Of a stretch of DNA of 64,000 bases, positions 43,127 through 58,912 are shown piece by piece; position 1 is the first letter of the stretch, and each line of letters starts with the position of its first letter. The notes beneath the pieces were generated by a model. The model searched no databases, had not been told where the DNA came from, and saw only the letters and a program-made list of their open reading frames with translations. The position numbers and the translations under genes were made by a program. Source of the stretch: the human T2T-CHM13v2.0 reference genome, Homo sapiens; the NCBI RefSeq assembly GCF_009914755.1, contig NC_060942.1. One strand, written 5' to 3'.

Positions 43127-45607
43127 ATTTGGTACCTATGATGGGGAGGGGAGTAGAAAGAACCCTGAAAGATTTTCAGCAGGGAAATGGCATTTTAGAT
43201 AACACACTGTTAGTCCTATGAGGAAACAATTAGAGAATGATAGCAAGGCCTATTATGAGGGGATGTTCTAATCGTCCAGAAAAGATGAATATCTGATTGG
43301 AGGTTTAGAAGCAACTTAGATGGAGGCCTTACCCTCTAATCTTGTGGCAAAGTCTAACTTGACATCCAAAACTGAAGGTTTTTTTAACCAACTCCTTGGC
43401 CAAAACACTGTCAGAGAACGCATTTTTGAATCAGGTTATCTTTTGGACATGATAGGATAATGTATGTATTGGAGAAGTCATGTCTAGCACTTCTGTGTTC
43501 CACTGTGTCTAGTACAGTGCTGAATGCATATTAATTATTCAATAAATACTCATTACCAAATTGGTTTTTATATAATGATTATTCTCAAATTTGCATGAAA
43601 TCTGAAGTTTCTTTCTGCATGAGCTTCACAAAGTTCAGTTCAGGATATTGTAAATTTCAGGATTACTCAGCTATTACTTGCCTCTTCTTTAGAGGTTTAT
43701 TCTGTTTTCTTTTTCTCTCTCCCCTTCTTTTGCCTGATTTTTCCTTTACATGCCATTATTAATAATGTTATTGGCAGCATTTCAGAGTGCTTGTGAGAAA
43801 TTCAAAATTGAGGAAATTCTGCAAATAGCAAAATGTGAATGTATAAAGTCTATAGAATTTGCTATCTCTTTAAGCCCCGTTACGAATGCATATAGGGCAT
43901 TTGTCAACTCGCATATATGAAAATGGAACAAGATAAAGTAGGTGAATAATTATTTCCTACATAATAATCCCAGGGATAGACTCTGTGTTTGCCTTCAGAG
44001 CACCATTCCTGAAGACTTGAGTGAGTCAAAGCATTAAAATGTTATTTTTGTAGAAATCAGTGGAAGTCAAGACAAGATGATGGAGATTAAAAAAAAAAAG
44101 CACATAGAATGAAAAGCACAAAACTTCTTGTGTTTCAAAGCACTGATCAGGCAGAAAAGGACCTTGGCAGGTGTTTGAGAAGACCCTTTTCTACTGGTAA
44201 GGACTCAGGGGCCCAGAGAAGCTAGGTGAGCCTCTAAATCACAAATCTACGAATGAGTTCCATGAAACATATTATGTACACGTGGGTGCAAATCTTGGCT
44301 CTACCAAGATGTAGCTGTGTGACCCTCACTATGATTCAGGGTCCTCATTTGTAAAATTTGGAAAGCCATTGCTGAATGGATGACATTTTTGAAAAACATT
44401 ACACTCAAGGATTATCACAGTCTTTGGCACATATTGAGCACTAAACTGTTTCTATTTTTATTTGTTCATTCGACAGATGTTTTTAAAGGTAATGTTTCAT
44501 GTATCATATTTGTTAGCGCCTGTGGTGTATTTAAACAGCATATAAACACACTGCCTCTGTTGTTTTAGTTAACAAAATGGTTGGAGGAATAAGACCTAAG
44601 CAGTGCAAGCATGTAAGAAAAAAAAAGGTGACCAGAGTCACAAGGCAATATATTATTGTATTATTAAGAACCAAATGGGTGAGAGGTGCAGTTAGAGGAG
44701 AGAAACAGAACATGATCAGAAATTCTTCCAGAATGCAGAGGGATTGAGTCTGGTAGGTAGGGTAATTTGGGGACCTTACCCACATAGGACCTGACCCTAT
44801 GTGGACACTGTTCTTTACATGTTCAGGCTCTGGAAGACAAAAAAGAAAAAAAATGATGGTGATACTTCACTGCAGAAAGCTTCTTAGTCCAGGCACCAGA
44901 TCTCATCACTAGCAATGACTTCCCTGGTCACTAGCCTTTTCCCAAGCGAATTTATGATAAGGCTAGGAGAAAAAGGAAGAGAGATGTGGCAAGGTCATCT
45001 GAGAAGTAACTTTGGTGGCATACATAATGTAATTTTAAAATAAAGAGGCTTTACCAGTAGGGCTTTTTATAATAGTTTTAAGGAGGTCTCAGAAGCTCAG
45101 GGAAGGACAGATGCCATCACACACTGCATTTTGAACTTGGAAATCTAGTGGCTGAGAAAGCATATTTAGGCTCCTGCACTACTGGAATAAGTCTGTGCTG
45201 GAAATTAATGTTTTCATCTTTTTTTTTCAGCCTTGCTTCAAAATGTATAGAAAACTTTGGTTCAGGATGCCAAAACCCTTTATTACTAATGCGTAAAGGG
45301 TGTTAGCTAGTTCATCAAAGATCTTCTGTACATTTTGCGGCCAAAGGGCAGGTAGCCCAGCTCAAAATTTGCAACTTAAATAGCTTTTCCTTTGTTCTTT
45401 GTTCCAGAGTACACAGTCATATGAGGTTATGATAATTAATAATTGATAAATTATTATTAGGATGATATTGTTCCATGCTTATCTGAGACTTTCTGTCTTC
45501 CAATGGCTTTTGAATCTTTTATCCATATTCATCTCTCAATACCTCTATCAAGTGGGCAAAATGGCTAAGTTATCTCACATGTGTTATTAGTGAGGTTATG
45601 AGAGTAG

Positions 45608-45966
<359 letters not shown>

Positions 45967-46069
45967 TGGCTTAACCCATGTACTCACCAGTACATATTGG
46001 ACACTTTCCAAAAGCAGGACATTCTACTCTTTTATTCCCCAAAAATTCATGTACTAAAAAAATGCCACC

Positions 46070-47090
<1,021 letters not shown>

Positions 47091-47214
47091 GCACTTTTAA
47101 CAAGCTCTCTAGGTGATTCTTATACACACTTCACTTGAAAACCACTTGGCTGTGCATTGTCCGTAAAACTTAATAATGGTGGCTCTCTGCTTATTGAGAT
47201 GGTCTTTGAGCTCA

Positions 47215-47450
47215 GGGGATGATCTGGAGTCAGGTGAACTTGGGTTTAGATCCCAGGCCTACAACTTTCTAATTGAGAGAACAAAGACAAGATATTCCGC
47301 CTTTTTTGTGCCTTTGTTTCTTCATCTGTAAAGCAGGAAAACAACACTTAATTCAGAGAGTACTTATAAAATCATTTCAGAAAAGCCATGTAAATTATTT
47401 ACCATATTACCATATTTCCACATTACCACTGCTCAACAGGCAGTGAGCAC
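47215..47450 (+). mobile_element. MIR
   Basis: ctggagtcaggtgaacttgggtttagatcccagg...gtgcctttgtttcttcatctgtaaa. Confidence 0.65.
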
Positions 47451-48199
47451 TAGCACGACTCTACTGGTGTTCTATTAGCTTGGTTATATAAATCAATATG
47501 AACATAACCAAAATTACTCCTCATTGTTACTGATACTCTCCACCCTCTAAAACTTGTCTTTGGCATCCTGCAATGCTTTCCTTACATGTTTCTAGGAGTC
47601 CTAAGAGCTATGTCATAAACCAGTTATCTTCTGCTAGGCATCTTCACATGTCTGGAAGTCTGGTATGCTTGCTGGCTTTCATGTCCCCAGGCAGCCACCG
47701 TCTCTTGCCAGCCATCCTGCTCCTCTGGTAGATTGCTGCTGCAGCATCAATGCTTTAGAACGTTTCCAGTGCCTGAGCATTATTACTATGTCCACTGACA
47801 AGACTGTCCCAATGTTGATTCTCCCTCTGTTAAACTCTATCATACTGCTTGTGTCTTCCAATTTATAAAATCCTCCATGACAACAATTCATTTAACTAGG
47901 GTCTGTAATTTTTCTCTACATATGACTTAGATTCAGTAAGAGAAGGGCTGATCTGGGGACAGATGTTGCATTTCCTATTCCCTGTCTTTAGCCTTTCTGT
48001 CTCCAACCCACCAATGGAACTTCTTCCTTAAGTAGTATTTAAATCTCCCCTACATAAATGAGTTACTGCAGAGAGATGTCTGTATTTTTAGACCATACAC
48101 CATAGGCTGTTTCATTGGGTTTGAGGTACACATGTGGTACAAAAATGTAGACTAATAATAATGGTTAATATTTATGAAATTGTATGGTTTGAAGTGATG

Positions 48200-48690
48200 T
48201 GGTACATATTGCTTAAGAAATACTTATTGCCCACCCATTTTTATATTTAATACAGAAGAATATCCCATTTTAAGTAGCAATGTGCTAGCTCAAAGACTCG
48301 ATTTCTCAGGCTCCCTTGCAGCTAGGGGTAGTTATGTGAAAGTTCTGGTGATTGGCATGGTAATCAGGACACTTCTGGGGATTTCAGAGTAAGCTTACTC
48401 TCCTGTCCTAATTACCACCCCCTTCCTCCTTGTTGCTTCCTTCTTTCTCTGGAAAGTAGGAGTGAGGCCTGAAATTGAAGTAGCCATCCTGTGTTACATC
48501 ATCTATTATGAACAATGAGAAGGAAATGAGGAGAAGCTTGAGTCCATGGTGACTTCCTTGGGGTAGCTATATAATCTTGGGATTGTTTCTTTCTAGACTT
48601 CTTTTTATGCTACAAAGTAAACCTCTGTTTGATTTTAAAACACTGTAATGGGGTTTCTGTCACAGGCAATACTCAGTTCAAACTGCTGTA
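48200..48690 (+). mobile_element. MLT1 (I/J-like) solo LTR
   Basis: ctcccttgcagctaggggtagttatgtga...gtagccatcctgtg...tctagacttctt...ggggtttctgtcac. Confidence 0.65.
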
Positions 48691-50477
48691 TGTTCCCATA
48701 TTATTTTTTTCCTCACAGTTAAACAGTGAGAGAGGAATTAATATTATGTCCTTTTACAAGTAGGAAAAGTGAGACACCAAAAAGTTGGCCAATTTTTCCA
48801 TGCCTCCATGCTAGTAAATTGCAGACTTATGATTTAAATCCTGCTCCATAACATGTCCTTAATTAAGTCTATGCTATAATTCCTAGATAAATAGATGTTG
48901 TAGCTATTACACTATTGTTGTTATTTTTATTGTTGTGGGTAATTATTACACTATTGCTTTTTATTTTTTTGCAAATCACATTAATTCTTGCAATGTTGTT
49001 TTATTTTTATTATTGTTATTCTCCTCTCTAAAAGAGGGATCTTCTTCTGTGAACCGTTTATTATTTAGACACTTCTAGATTATTGAGTATATAAATAAAA
49101 ATTCAATTTTCTGTTAATCATTTTCAAATGTCACAGTTTTCACTAACAAGTTATAAGACAGCTTCATGCACTTTAATTTCCTCTGAAGAAGAAATCCACT
49201 GCCACCTTATAAAAGACTAACATTCCAAATACAGCTTTAGAATGCTAATGCCTTACCTTAACAAGCCAACTTAACTCTGTGATTCACATATGTGCTGCAA
49301 TTTCTCTCCCATTGTAGTGTAAGGGAATTTTGCACAGTTTTGATGTATTGTGTAAATTAGGCCAACAAAGTGCTGTGCTATGTCTTCATTAAAATAGGAG
49401 ACGGTAATAATGCAACCATGTAGCGTGGTCTTGCAGGCTTTGAGTTATGAACATTCAATAGTGTCTCCTTACTTGTGCTTAAGTTGGCATTTGTGAGCAG
49501 CATATAATCAATTAATCAATAACCCAATTTTCTCTTAAAGAGATGGTGCATGATTTAAAAAAATCAGAAACTACTGTATGATTTTATGAAAAGAGCCATT
49601 TCAGCAAAGAAACTTGTTTTGAAAACACTGAAAGTCTTTTTTGGGGAGGACAATTTTGCTTAACTAAGCCAAAAATGAAATTGGATACAAATGTTTAGTT
49701 CCTGAATTCTTTTATTGTTTTGCAACTACAGAAAGGAAAGGGCCAGTTTGGGATTGCTAGTAAGAATGCATTGTTTTTACTCATGATTGGAGGTGTGTAA
49801 GTGGACCCATCTATGAATGCACAGTTAAAGTCAATTAATCCTCAAACTTACAGTTTAAAACTCATCTATTCTATTACTTACAAGCTTTAGAGTATACTAA
49901 GTTGCCTAATTTGTCTCACATGAGGTCACAGCAGCGCAAAGTGATGCTTTCACGGTGATGAAGCTGACAGTCATGTTGAGACAAAAACCTGGCCTTCTCA
50001 AACTTTAATATACATTTCTATCCTTATCTTTATTATAATTTCTACCTAAAAAGATATATATGCTTATTATAAATATTCAAATATTACATAAATGTGTGAG
50101 TTTGAGAAGGAAATTGTTCCATAATCCCATCACTTCAGAATAAACCACAATTTATTTGTTTTGTTCAGTCTTTTTTGTCTCTTTCTCTACCTGCCCCACA
50201 TTTACTGTGAAATTTGTGGAAAGTTAATGTTTATTTTTGCATTGCATTAAGATACTGAGTTGTGTTTTCTTTCTACCAAATAAGTAAAAAGAAATATCGT
50301 GGAAAAAGAAAACCTCAAATATTTGCTTTGTTATTTAGACAACAAAAGACATGATTGAGATGAGAATTGTCTCTATAAGACAGATCACCTTCCAAGAGAG
50401 ACACGTGCTAGGCATGCCTGTCTTCTAAAAGTGTCAGTTCCAACGCCTCCAAAATGTTCAACTGCCCTCTTGAACCT

Positions 50478-50641
50478 TGCCTCTAAAGTGCAGCCTGTGG
50501 GCCAGCCAACCTCCATATCACATGAGAGCATATTAGAAATGCAGAAACTCAGGCTTCATCCAAAATTTACTGAATTCGAATCTACATTTTAACAAGATCC
50601 CCAGGTGATGGCTATGCAAGTCAAAGTTTGAGACATATCAT
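50478..50641. mobile_element. MER5A
   Basis: ttagaaatgcagaaactcagg...tactgaattcgaatctacattttaacaagatccccaggtgat...aaagtttgaga. Confidence 0.8.
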
Positions 50642-51733
50642 TCTAGTAATAGCATGTTTCCTACTCAAATTGCTACCATATTCTAAGAGCTGTGAGTTAC
50701 TCATGAATTAGCAATGGTGTGCAGGGAAGGAACCAGTATCACCACAGCTCGTTCATGTGGCTTCTAAATTTCCTCCAAAGGGTTGAGTGTTGTGCTCATT
50801 AAACAGTGTCAAGACCAGAATAACTGTCCAAGGGCTGGCTCACATCTATTCTCTTCATTTAGGTCATGACACACATTCTCATCCATACCTCTGAAGTCCC
50901 AAGGCACTAAAGACCACATTGATTGGAATAATTGTGTCTTCTATTCCAGTAATTGGTTGCTAATTATGCATGGCTTGATGTTATTTTGCTAACTCATATA
51001 CACCAAATGAACCATGAGTTGCTTGAAGGAAAAGGCCAGTCCCTGAGCTCTTTTCTTCAAGGATGGCAGTCCTGTTTCCAGACATCTGGCCATTCCCATG
51101 AATGAGTGAATGATGGTTATTAGGTATGTTAGCTCCATTTATCCAACCATTTGTGCTTTCCACAGATCCAGATTTGACGGTTATGTCCCCCACTTGGAGC
51201 TGGGAAGTCACAGGACTTACTTGATAAACAGTCAACTTCTTTCTTGAATTTATGCCAAGACCTCATATATCTATCTCTTTATGCTCTACGACCACCAGCA
51301 TTGGTTGGTGGCCCAGTTAGAAACAAAAAGATCGGGGATAAGTGTAGGACCTGTCCAATTTGCATCAAGTAATCTTTCATAAGTTTGTAAGGGGAAGATA
51401 AGGGAGGGTTATAAAATTTGAATGCTATAATAGATTTTATCTTGTAGCCTATAGTTTTTATTTTTTTTCTCTTAGCTTCTAAAATCTATGATTGAGTTTC
51501 TGTTTTGGGTTATTAACTCCTGAAACCAAGAATATCAGAGGAACCTTAAAAAAATAGAACTTTGGAATATTAAATATTGAAGAAGAAAAGCTGAATAATC
51601 TCCCTATAGGCAGGTTGGGAGTGGGAGCAGAATCAAACAAAACTTCTCTTTGTTCTTTTAGCCCCCCCCACTCCCCTCCTCCCTCCATAAACCAAAAGAG
51701 CATTTATTTACTTGGGCTGCATTATAAACATCT

Positions 51734-52057
<324 letters not shown>

Positions 52058-54606
52058 TATAAACACCTTTCTAGGGATAAACTTTGTTGGTTTACCATCA
52101 CATAGGAGACTCAGCTCATCAAGAAGTCTGTATTCAGACCAGGTTCAGCTCAGACTAATTAATGAAATCATGTAATTGATGGGTTCTGTTTCTATTTCTA
52201 GAGCTCTTATATTTTGATATGAGAATATGGAAGTGCCAATCAGGTTCATGAGGTCACCCTTCAGAATCCCTCATTTCTCCTTTCTCTCCTATCATGTAGC
52301 TGATGAAAAATATAGCACACTTCCTTCCCCTGAAAGATTCACATTAGTTGTGTCTTGGACACAACACCTCTCTTGCTCTTTGCTTCTGGCCATATCTTCT
52401 TTGACTCAGAAGGCTTTATCACTGGGGATATATGTCAGGCAAAGATGCAGTTCTCAGAAAGTTTGAGAGCAGGGGATGTTATAGCCCATAAGAAAGGGCA
52501 CAAGGCCAAAAAAGAGAACTAGGCTCTACTGGTCAATTAAAAAATATATATTTAAGCCATTTTCAGTGTTCAGCCAACAGGAAGCATTATGGATGTTCAA
52601 ATTGCTGAAATATTAGCATACTTCCTCACTGATTGGTAAATATTTGCTATCCAGGGCCTCCCAATGTGCCCTGCTTCCTCCATTCTGATTGGTGAGTGAC
52701 TATGCCAATCAGCTCCTAAAAGTCCTCCTTCTAAGATATCAACATTGGCTTTTTTCTTAGTGACTTTGGAGGGCCAGATGTACTCTCACCCAGTCCTGGG
52801 AAACTCTGATTGCCCTTTAGCCCTTCAGTCTGCCATCTACACTGTGCAACATGGCACCCCATGGCCCATGTGCCTTCTGTGCTTCTCTGGCCCCCTGAGA
52901 CTGACACCTAAGCAGGTTGGTGTTCCTTGAGTCACCCTCTCATGGCCATCAGTGAAAACCGCAGCTCCAAAAGAAGACAAGGTCAGGAATCTCCACCACA
53001 CTGATGCTTAAATATGTTTAATATTTAAATACCACACATTTTTTTTACTCTGTTCTGTGGAGACAACACTAAATGTCTTTATGGCCTGAGAAATGTTCAT
53101 AGAATAAATTGCATATTATGTAGTGATTGGTTCTATGATTGCTATAAAGATTTTTAAAACTTTTAGTATCTTATTTACCAAAGAAAATATGTTCAATGAG
53201 GAAAGCATTTAAACAGGTATATAAGAAAATATAAATCACTCATCGTTACATGACTCAGAGTTAATTACTGTTAAAATTTTGATAAACATTGCATGTGTTT
53301 ATTCTTAATAGTAAATAAATTATATTGCATATGCTGGCATAACTTAAAAAAAGCTTAGCCATCTATTATGAATGCAATTAAAAGACCAAAGTTTTCTAAG
53401 AGTTGGGAGGGAACTTGGAAATCTGCTAGATTCATTTTCTGGTGAGGAAAACATTTATTACATAGCATTCCTCCGAAGATCCTCTAGCTTCCTCCTTAAT
53501 ACCACCAAGGGCAGGTTCCACAGCCTTATTATGCCTCTGCCTTAAATTATTTTTGGATTAGTTATTCTAGAACTTTCTGTTCTACTCTTCTCACCTGTTG
53601 CTTACTCATTGATCCTGGTTTTGCCCTTCTTAGTATGAGTGGAAGTGGGCCAGGAAGGGCAGGCTTAGAGGCAGTGAGGAGGTGGCATGGTGAAGTCAGT
53701 GGCCATTGTCTTTCATGAGCAAAACAGTCCTTGGTCATGAGACTGAATGAGTGTCTTGGGTGATCCTTTTCACCTCCTACTCCCACTATATTTTTTCTTC
53801 AGAGACTTACATTGGGGGACTTATGCCTTTTTTGTCATAGCAGAAAACTCTAAATATGTAGAAAGTTTAAAAGAAATAAATCTCATTGGCTGAACACAGT
53901 ACATTTTAGGAGACAAAAAAAAATAGAAGGATGTGTTTGAAAATAAATTGAGTTGGAAAATATCTAGAGGTTTCTTCACTATCATATGGTATGTTTAAAC
54001 TTGTCTCCTTGTCATCTTCCTTGCTCTCTGATCTTAAGAAGATTAATGAGATGATGATGTTTAATGCTTGAATGTTTGGAAGAAGAGTGCTTTGCAAATG
54101 TCAAGGGTTAGTGTTATCCTTCGCAGTAGTGATTGACCATAAGACTGTTCTCGTTATTGTATTTCATTAACTAATGCTCTCATTTATCAAGTATTGAGGC
54201 AAGGGAGATATAGTAGTGGGCAACAGACAAGATCCTTGAAAACTGTTTAATGAAAAAGATAAACAAGTAACACATGATTACTTATTAAAGGAATTAAAAT
54301 TTATTTAAAATTGTGTTAATATCTCTGGAAAAAAGAATTCCCTTTTTCTCTATCTTAACATATAGAACAATGGGAATCTTGGGAGTACTAATGCCAATTG
54401 CTTGGGTGGGGTTTATGGTCTGAGGTACGAGGGGAGAGTATGGCAGTGAAGGAAAGATTACTGAGCAAAGCTGAGAGGGGAGGAGGGATGCAGCAAAGGG
54501 ATGCTAAACTGGGTTGCAACTAAGTCCTCCTTCTCCACTGTAGTCAGATATTACTTACGCTGGGAGGACGTGCTAATTTTTCAACACTTACAGTATTGCT
54601 ACAGAT

Positions 54607-54822
54607 CAGAGATTAGCAGAATTATTCTGTAAAGGGTCAGATAGTTAATATTTTAGGTTTTGATTGTCACACAATCTCTGAGGCAACTGCTCAACTTTGC
54701 CATAGTAGCACAAAACAGCCATAGCCAATACATAAATAAATGAGTATGGCTTTGTTCCAATAAAGCATTATTTATAAAAATAGTCTGGACTTAACCTGCA
54801 GTCCATAGTTTGCTGACCCCTG
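54607..54822. mobile_element. MER58A
   Basis: ttctgtaaagggtcagatagt...caactgctcaactttgcc...gttccaataaa...catagtttgctgacccctg. Confidence 0.85.
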
Positions 54823-55074
54823 TACCAGGCTCTTACCGCTTGATCACACACCTGTGTTTAAACTTAAGGCATCACGTTATGGAATTGTTCTTAGAATATA
54901 GCTTCTTACAACTCTATATATTACTTGAATTTTATGCATTTTACAACCTTTGTAATGCCTATCATTTTTACGTATATGAAGGAGAAGAGAGAGATTTTAG
55001 CATGTGCTTAATCTGTTTATGCTGACTCCTGACTTTCCTCCTATAAACATCTATGTTTAAAATATTAGTACTAA

Positions 55075-56348
55075 TGTGTCCGGAATTGGTGGGTTCTTGG
55101 TCTCACTGACTTCAAGAATGAAGCCACGGACCCTCGCGGTGAGTGTTACAGCTCTTAAAAGCAGCGTGGACCCAAACAGTGAGCAGTAGCAAGATTTATT
55201 GCAAAGAGCGAAAGAACAAAGCTTCCACAGTGTGCAAGGGGACCCGAGCGGGTTGCCAATGCTGGCTCGGGCAGCCTGTTTTTATTCTCTTATCTGGCCC
55301 CACCCACATCCTGCTGATTGGTAGAGCCGAGTGGCCTGTTTTGTCAGGGCGCTGATTGGTGCGTTTACAATCCCTGAGCTAGATACAAAGGTTCTCCACA
55401 TCCCCATCAGATTAGTTAGATACAGAGTTTCCACACACAGGTTCTCCAGGGCACCACCAGAGCAGCTAGATACAGAGTGTCGATTGGTGCGCTCAGAAAC
55501 CTTGAGCTAAACACAGGGTGCTGATTGGTGTATTTACAATCCCTGAGCCAGACATAAAGGTTCTCCAAGGCCCCACCAGAGCAGCTAGATACAGAGTGTC
55601 GATTGGTGCACTCACAAACCTTGAGCTAAACACAGGGTGCTGATTGGTGTATTTACAATCCCTGAGCTAGACATAAAGACTCTCCACCTCCCCACCAGAC
55701 TCAGGAGCCCAGCTAGCTTCACCCAGTGGATCCCGCACCAGGGCTGCAGGTGGAGCTGCCTGCCAGTCCCGTGCCGTGCGCTCGCACTCCTCAGCCCTTG
55801 GGTGGTCGATGGGACTGGGCGCCGTGGAGCAGGGGGTGGTGCTCCTTGGGGAGGCTCGGGCCGCACAGGAGCCCATGGAGTGGGTGGGAGGCTCAGGCAT
55901 GGCGGGCTACAGGTCCCGAGCCCTGCCCCGCGGGAAGGCAGCTAAGGCACGGTGAGAAATCGAGCGCAGCGCCGGTGGGCTGGCACTGCTGGGGGACCCA
56001 GTACACCCTCCACAGCCACTGGCCCGTGTGCTAAGCCCCTCATTGCCCGGGGCCAGCAGGGCTGGCCGACTGCTCTGAGTGCGGGGCCCGCCAAGCCCAC
56101 GCCCACCCGGAACTCCAGCTGGCCCGCAAGTGCCGCACGCAGCCCCGGTTCCCGCTCGCGCCTCTCCCTCCACACCTCCCTGCAAGCTGAGGGAGTGGGC
56201 TCCAGCCTTGCCAGCCCAGAAAGGGGCTCCTACAGTGCAGTGGGGGTTTGAAGGGCTCCTCAAATGCCGCCAAAGTGGGAGCCCAGGCAGGGGAGGTGCC
56301 AAGAGCAAGCGAGGGCTCTGAGGACTGCCAGCACGCTGTCACCTCTCA
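55075..56348 (-). mobile_element. LTR12C (ERV9) solo LTR, antisense to DCC
   Basis: Termini tgtgtccggaattggtgggttc...gcacgctgtcacctctca; exact TSD CTAA at 55071 and 56349; tandem ATTGG/agata enhancer repeats; CpG-rich U3. Confidence 0.95.
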
Positions 56349-58912
56349 CTAATTACATAATAATGGGATCTCCTCTTCAGAAGGACACTGGGAGATTTGA
56401 TCTAATCTCAACTTCTCTGAATATTTACTTTGAGTCCTTGTTGCTTGTGTCATCCTGTTATGTATTGGCTTTTCTCGGCAGAGCCAATCTTCTTTTCTTG
56501 TCTCAATACTGATGATGGTGTTTGTGTTTTGTCTTTGGCTGGTTTAGCTAATCTAGTGCCTAAGTATGGCTGTTTCTCCCAGTTAGCAAAGGTTACCTCT
56601 AACAACTTTGATGGGGTGCAGAGAATCTGAAGCAGTCCTTTGAATGAGAATAAGCAGGAAACTCGCACTGAGGGAAGAAGTTGAAATTGGCTGTACATAG
56701 GCAAGTCTGCAAGTGTGATGGTGTACTGTGGGAATTATAGGTATTCTTTCTGCAATTGAGGCCCTTCCATGCTGCTCAGAGTCACAGAGGTATTGATCAG
56801 AAAGGCTTTGTACCTGCTTCCTTTTTGTTTGGAGGGGTTGTTCCAGTCCAGATAGTGACATCTGTGAACTCACTAATAAGCAAACAGGCCACAGTAGTTG
56901 TGTGAACTTTGCAGGTTTTGGACCTTTTCCACTCAGAAAGATCCTGCTGTTTGAGACTGGGTTAAATCTGCTCTTGTCTAGAGGCATAGGAAAGTAATTT
57001 ATGATCACTTGTGCAGCTGTACACCCTGTGGCTAGAGTTGAATATACATATTTACCTTGAAGGAGTAGTCACGAGGTGCAATCTGTTTCATTTCTGAAAG
57101 TATGTTTTGAGTGTCTTGAACTATTTATCCCCATTGTTTCTTTCTTTTTTTCATGAACATGTTCTTAATATCATGGGTCTGTGTTTCTTTCTATTTCTTT
57201 TAGAATTGGTAAGTAGTTGTTTTGGGGGCTGGAGGCTATTTGGGATAAATGAATGGGGGACAAGAAGACAAATTAATTTTTAATCTCAAAGCATACCCTC
57301 TGTGCTCTGAATGTTGCTCTTTCCACCCTGAGAAAAAATAGCAGGTTTCAGTCCATATCCTTAGCTCCCTATGCGTCATTCTGCAGGAAAAATGATCCTG
57401 TCACACTTAAGTGCCTCACACAGCGGGTACTGAGAAAGTACTACATTATCAAGTCAGAGTTGCTGAGACTTACAAGTGGTCCCTGACCAGTGCTGATGGG
57501 TGACTTTTTCCCACTGTTTTGGATATAGTGACTGGGTTCTTAAGAATTAGACTACTTGCAAAGTGAAGAAGTTCTTTCTCCATAGCTCCCACCTCTTCAT
57601 TGTCTGGAAGGCAGTGTGAAAGGGTTGAAAAAAACTCTAGTCTTTGTTCAGGATCCTGGTACCTTCCCAGACCTGTGCACTGTGTTGCCCAGACATTATA
57701 CCTTGCAAAATGAAGATAAGACTGCTAGTCCTGCTTATGTCCAAGGGAGGGCTGAGCATCAAGTGATATAATGTATGTATAAAGTGCCCAGAAAAGTATG
57801 TATCATGATGCAAATCAAAGTTGTTGTTGATCCTCCATGTGGTGAGAAGGATCTGGCTCAGAAAGCACCAGTTCTGAGTGTGTTTCTACCTGTTATAGTA
57901 TCGGAGAGACTGAGAATGGCAAGTCTTTCTCTTAAGGTTACAAAGGTGTTTCATGTAATTTCTTTGTACGAAAAACCGGGAAGGAAATTCCTTGTCTCTC
58001 CAAGAATGAATTTGGTGGTATCGATGAAGAGTCTTCTCAAAAACGAGGACAAAAACCCTAAGAATGTGTGCTAGGTGCTTCTAGATTCTGTTTAAATTTT
58101 ACTTCTATAATTCTTTGTGGGTTTTTTTTCTTTGTGGGTTTTTTTTTCTTTGCAAATGGGCTATTCCTCCCCACTTTAGATCCTTCAATAGTTAGATTTT
58201 TATTTGCAAATTGGTTATTTCTCCCCACCTCAGGTCCTTCAATAGTGGGAATAATTTTTACAAACACCTGACCATCAGTAATCTGGGAATGGCTGAACAG
58301 ATTCAAAGAGAAGTGTCCATTTCTTACCATTTGTGTTGAGTGTGCATGGGTGTAGGAGCCGATGGAAGAGTGGGTGAATAATCGAAGAAGGCAGCCCCGG
58401 GGATCATGCTCATGATGTTACAACGATGTCACCAAACACTTTGCAAATGGAGGACATCACAGGGGCTTGGCCTTGAGACCTTTCTCTCTCTGCCTCTCTG
58501 CTTGTTACATTTATTTTTTTCTTTAATTGTCAGTACTGAAAGATATTATATAAACCAAATCTGTATTGAAATATCAGCATGGTGTTTATAACTCAAAGGT
58601 GATGTTACTTTACTTGATCCTCATTGATGAGGTTATACAGAATTGGTCTGTCATGACTATATATCTCAGAGAAATTTGAATGCAATTACCAGAGTGAATG
58701 TAAAAAGTTTCTGTGATATATACATGGGCAGGATTACTACGTTTGAGTCAACCTGAATATGATTGGGAAAATGAATTCAAAGGATTGTGGCACTAACAGT
58801 GTCTGACTTAATTTCCCTCATCTTATCCAAACATACAGAGCTAATTGCAGAAAAGAAAATACTTCCAAAATATGAAAATTCAAAAGTAATGGGTGATATT
58901 AAAAACAGTAAT

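Noticed and set aside
55351-55700. Regularly spaced repeats superficially like a CRISPR array
   Set aside because: These are the known ERV9 LTR enhancer tandem repeats; the spacers are not unique and the DNA is primate.
55612-56342. Cluster of ORFs up to 133 aa
   Set aside because: All lie inside the GC-rich LTR12C U3 region.
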